Below, in pieces: positions 32,357 to 34,677 of a DNA stretch of 34,677 nt. The position numbers and the translations under genes were made by a program. This DNA is from a virus. Each line of letters starts with the position of its first letter. Positions within the stretch are counted from its first letter, which is position 1. Location: IMG/VR virus record IMGVR_UViG_3300010260_000001; one strand, written 5' to 3'. Under the pieces are notes generated by a model that worked only from the letters and a program-made list of their open reading frames with translations, was not told where the DNA came from and made no database searches.

Positions 32357-32559
32357 ACACCGCACGGCTGCTTTATATAGCAATGGCTATGCTGCATTAT
32401 CCAGAAAGCGAGGCATGGAAAAAGACACCTTACCAGATAATTAAATTATTTGGCTATCACAAGGAGTATAACCCGCACATTTTCGGGCAGGAAAGCGGCA
32501 CACCAGCACAGGCAACAGAGGGCATGGACGACATAGACATAGCGTTAGGGGGCTTGTAA
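31970..32559 (+). CDS. tail assembly chaperone -1 frameshift fusion (gpGT analogue): 31970..32332 joined to 32332..32559
   Basis: The -1 frame is open from 32245 to the TAA at 32557..32559, 3 nt before the tape measure ATG. GGGAAAC sits in the correct X_XXY_YYZ phase. Confidence 0.65.
32326..32332 (+). promoter_or_regulatory. -1 programmed ribosomal frameshift slippery heptamer G_GGA_AAC
   Basis: The zero-frame codons are gag gga aac. Phage lambda G/GT uses the closely related GGGAAAG. Confidence 0.65.
32339..32368 (+). promoter_or_regulatory. candidate frameshift-stimulating stem-loop
   Basis: gccgtgc and gcacggc form a perfect 7-bp stem starting 6 nt after the heptamer. Confidence 0.45.
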
Positions 32560-32562
32560 ATC

Positions 32563-34677
32563 ATGGCTGATAAAACAGACAATATTAAAACCAAACTTAG
32601 TTTTGACGGCGAGGCACAGTATAAAGCAGCCTGCAAAGAGATTAACAGCACCCTTAAGCTGCTTAACTCTGAAATGAAACTTGTAACAGCAGAATATAAG
32701 AGCAATGCAAGTGGTGCAGAGGCGCTGAAAGCCAAGCAGGAAGTATTAAAAAAGACCTACGACGAGCAAAAGAAAAAGGTAGAAGAAACAGAAAAAGCCC
32801 TTGCAAAATGCAAAGAGGCTACAGGAGAGAACAGCGAGGCAAGTAAGAAACTGGAAACACAGCTTAATTACCAGAAAACAGCACTTGCAAACACAGAAAC
32901 AGAATTAGGAAAGACAGCTACAGAGCTGGACAAAGCAGAAAAAGCCGCAGACGGAATGGGAAACGAGATAGAGGACAGCGGCAAACAGGCAAAAGAGGCA
33001 ACAAGTAAATTTAGTGGATTTACAGAGGTTGCAAAAAAAGTGGCGACAGCTACAGCGGCAGCAGTGGCAGCAATCGGCACAGCAGCCGTAGCAGCAGGCA
33101 AAGCACTTTACGATATGGCGAGTGATACGGCATCTGCGGGCGACCAGATAGACAAGGAAAGCCAGAAAATGCAGATAAGCGCAAGCCTATATCAACAATT
33201 AAGCTATGCGTGCGAGAGAAGCGGCAGCAGCGTAAGCGACTTAACCAAAGGTGTTAAGAACATTACTACAGAGCTGGGAAAAACGGCAGAGGGAGCGAAA
33301 GGCGCAGGGGCAAGTTTTGAGGCTATCGGCGTATCCCTTAAGAATACGGACGGGAGCGTAAAAAGCACAGAGCAAGTGCTTTTAGAGAGCATAGACGCAC
33401 TGGCGGGCATGGAAGATGAAACAAAGCGAAATGCAGCCGCACAGGATATTTTTGGTAAAAGCGCAGCAGAACTTTTACCGCTGCTTAATTCTGGTTCAGA
33501 CGGAATTAAGCAGCTTATGGACGAAACAGAAGAATACGGCATGATAATGTCAGACGAGGCAGTAGCAGCAAGTGCAGCGTTTGAGGACAGCTTAAGCCGT
33601 TTGCAGTGGACGTTTAGCGGCGTAAAAAATAGCATCACTGGGGAAATGCTGCCGTCTATAACAATGATTATGGACGGATTGAGCGACCTTATGGCAGGAC
33701 AGGACGACGCAGGCGAGAAGATAAAGCAGGGCGTTACTGGAATTATCAATAATATTACACAAATGATACCGCAGATACTGGAAGTAATAACAAATATTGC
33801 AGGGGCAGTGCTGGAAAGCGCACCCTCTATTATGCAGGCGCTGGCGCAGGGAATTATAACGGCATTGCCTACGTTATTGCCGACAATCACGAGCGTAATA
33901 ACCAGCATAGCAACTATGCTGATACAGTTACTGCCGCAGATTTTAGAGGCGGGTATGCAGATACTCATAAGCCTTGCGCAAGGTATCGCACAGGCATTAC
34001 CTACGTTATTGCCGACAATCGTAACAGTGATTACAAATATTGTAACCATGCTGATAGAAAATATACCGTTACTGATAACGGCAGCACTACAGCTGATTAC
34101 AGGACTGGCGCAGGGACTTGTAGCGGCATTACCCGTACTGATTGAGGCACTGCCAGAAATTATAACGGCTATCATCAATGCACTGGTTGAGGGCATACCG
34201 CTTATTATCGAAAGTGCGGGCGATATTATAGTTGCGCTGATTGACGGCATCATAGATGCAATACCGCTTTTGATTGCAGCAATGCCGCAGATTATAGCAG
34301 CCATTGTAACAGGGCTGATTACGGGACTGCCTAAGATTTTGACAGCCGCAGGAAAACTGGTAACAACAATCATAAATAAAATAAAAGAGCTGCCTACTCT
34401 GATACCGCAGGCAATCGCAGCGGGAGTGGAAAAAATAGCAGAGTGGGGCGCAAATATGCAGGAAAAAGGCGGAACAGTTATAACAGACTTTGTAACAAAG
34501 GTTATAGAGATTATAAAGGAGCTGCCGCAGAAAATCTGGAATGGTATAGTAGGCGCAGTTACCAAAGTGGCTACGTGGGGCGCAAATATGCAGACCAAAG
34601 CCAAAGAGGTAATGAACACAATGCTTACGAATATCGTAACGATTGTAAAAGAAACGCCTGCTAAAATCTGGAACAGC
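32563..34677 (+). CDS. tail tape measure protein, N-terminal part; open at the window end and continuing at base 89
   Basis: The track has no + ORF here because there is no stop before the window end. My translation gives MADKTDNIKTKLSFDGEAQYKAA..., a coiled-coil N-terminus, the core ASDTASAGDQIDKESQKM...FEAIGVSLKN...IFGKSAAELLPLL, then hydrophobic ALPTLLPTI repeats. Confidence 0.9.
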   Translation, partial: MADKTDNIKTKLSFDGEAQYKAACKEINSTLKLLNSEMKLVTAEYKSNASGAEALKAKQEVLKKTYDEQKKKVEETEKALAKCKEATGENSEASKKLETQLNYQKTALANTETELGKTATELDKAEKAADGMGNEIEDSGKQAKEATSKFSGFTEVAKKVATATAAAVAAIGTAAVAAGKALYDMASDTASAGDQIDKESQKMQISASLYQQLSYACERSGSSVSDLTKGVKNITTELGKTAEGAKGAGASFEAIGVSLKNTDGSVKSTEQVLLESIDALAGMEDETKRNAAAQDIFGKSAAELLPLLNSGSDGIKQLMDETEEYGMIMSDEAVAASAAFEDSLSRLQWTFSGVKNSITGEMLPSITMIMDGLSDLMAGQDDAGEKIKQGVTGIINNITQMIPQILEVITNIAGAVLESAPSIMQALAQGIITALPTLLPTITSVITSIATMLIQLLPQILEAGMQILISLAQGIAQALPTLLPTIVTVITNIVTMLIENIPLLITAALQLITGLAQGLVAALPVLIEALPEIITAIINALVEGIPLIIESAGDIIVALIDGIIDAIPLLIAAMPQIIAAIVTGLITGLPKILTAAGKLVTTIINKIKELPTLIPQAIAAGVEKIAEWGANMQEKGGTVITDFVTKVIEIIKELPQKIWNGIVGAVTKVATWGANMQTKAKEVMNTMLTNIVTIVKETPAKIWNS
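34374..34677 (+). repeat. upstream (more degenerate) copies of the 132-nt tape measure repeat; left boundary approximate
   Basis: KELP(T/Q)...WGANMQ(E/T)K units precede the junction with the same 132-nt period. Confidence 0.6.
34590..34677. repeat. 88-bp terminal duplication of bases 1..88 (circular assembly overlap)
   Basis: Base-for-base identity of 34590..34677 with 1..88. Confidence 0.95.

Noticed and set aside
33204-34619. 471-aa ORF on the minus strand
   Set aside because: It is antisense to the tape measure gene. Its extremely hydrophobic, low-complexity I/S/A/V composition is what the reverse complement of the Ala/Ile/Leu-rich repeats would produce. It lacks a ribosome-binding site and contradicts the otherwise all-plus-strand organisation.

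Overview
The window is a complete, circularly closed genome of a siphovirus-like tailed dsDNA phage. Bases 1..88 are identical to 34590..34677, so the unique length is 34,589 bp. The junction falls inside the tape measure gene. Every credible gene is on the + strand. Gene order runs: tape measure C-terminus, distal tail and tail fibre genes, a diversity-generating retroelement (DGR), holin and multidomain endolysin, then a promoter with an Xre regulator and accessory genes. These are followed by an IS30-family transposase, a tRNA-Met(CAU), an early/replication block, an HNH endonuclease with small and large terminase, and an HK97-type head and tail module ending at the tape measure N-terminus. 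The early/replication block holds a HUH Rep-like protein, VRR-NUC, ParA, a ParB-like protein, SSB and a sigma region 4-like regulator. The tail module includes a canonical G/GT -1 frameshift. The standout system is the canonical DGR cassette. Its target is the tail protein 4565..5707, with a C-terminal variable repeat (VR) at 5574..5699. Next come a GAAA-loop hairpin, Avd (5748..6104), the template repeat (TR) at 6135..6260 and the reverse transcriptase (6431..7492). The two 126-nt repeats differ at 13 positions, 12 of which are TR adenines. Other notable points: no tyrosine or serine integrase is recognisable, although ParA, a ParB-like protein and a Rep-like protein are present, and an IS30-type DDE transposase sits where an integrase normally would. 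A 17-nt perfect palindrome occurs twice. Two long in-frame poly-G tracts lie in coding regions. A 12-nt translation-initiation motif recurs across modules. There is a consensus sigma70-type promoter with an embedded palindromic operator, and a candidate short RNA locus. Family assignments come from motif recognition by eye, because no database search could be run.
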